Shown here piece by piece: positions 63,508 through 64,000 of a DNA stretch of 64,000 nt (within the stretch, counting starts at the first letter, position 1; every line of letters starts with the position of its first letter). The position numbers were made by a program, and so were the translations under genes. Source of the stretch: Octopus sinensis. Lineage: Eukaryota. The DNA lies in NCBI RefSeq assembly GCF_006345805.1, contig NC_043002.1, positions 46,562,001-46,626,000 on the forward strand. Direction: 5' to 3'. Below the pieces are notes generated by a model. That model was not told the DNA's origin. It was given only the letters and a program-made list of their open reading frames with translations, and did no database searches.

Positions 63508-63792
63508 CACAACAGAAATATACACACTGGACGTTTAGCATTACTCACGTCAACAAAATACTGTAAACATTATATATCGATATAAAACATAAATAGATCT
63601 ACAAAATTATTTGACGTTACTAGTAAAAATTTCAACTACTGTAAATTGTGAATCTCCTTTACCTAGTGGAGCTGTGACGCTTCATTAGTTCCTGCTTCCC
63701 ACAGAAATAAGTCTGAGAGTAGACTGAGAAAGGACAGAGTGGACAACTAACTGGTGGTTGATCAATATTATCAAGTTTAACGACTGCAATAT

Positions 63793-64000
63793 ATTTCTTT
63801 ATTGCCCTCAAGGGGCTAAACATAGAAGGGACAAACAAGGACAGACAAACAGATTAAGTCGATTATATCGACCCCAGTGCGTAACTAGTACTTATTTAAT
63901 CGACCCTGAAAGGATGAAAGGCAAAGTCGACCTCGGCGGAATTTGAACTCAGAACGTAGCGGCAGAGGAAATACTGGCGTGCTAACGTTTCTGTCAGTTC
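63793..64000 (-). mobile_element. SINE family A (Tx1-like tail), head cut by the window edge
   Basis: Family A core plus tail atttctttattgccctcaaggggctaaacatagaagggacaaa. Confidence 0.85.

Overview
AT-rich, microsatellite-saturated eukaryotic DNA. The SINE set and repeat landscape look like a coleoid cephalopod (Octopus-like); that is my recognition, not a database result. No intact protein-coding gene can be shown. The window contains: (1) a near full-length but frameshifted Tx1-clade (L1 group) non-LTR retrotransposon on + (~51.5-57.4 kb; zinc-knuckle ORF1, APE-endonuclease/RT ORF2), a decayed minus-strand relative (~27.2-29.2 kb) and an isolated 3'UTR relative (~43.1-43.5 kb); (2) two Penelope-like GIY-YIG remnants and five clear (plus one degenerate) minimal hammerhead-ribozyme motifs of three core types; (3) R4/Dong-like restriction-like-endonuclease LINE fragments in a (TAA)n insertion hotspot; (4) three tRNA-headed SINE families (>30 copies), mariner remnants, MITEs and a non-autonomous Helitron; (5) a few possible small host exons. 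Most notable observations: a SINE 3' tail matching the Tx1 3' end (putative SINE/LINE partnership), conserved splice signals straddling the ORF1 stop in both Tx1 copies, apparent (TCTA)n targeting by the Tx1 family, variant-core hammerheads, and a pre-miRNA-like hairpin at 39477-39560. Repeat boundaries were read by eye and are approximate.
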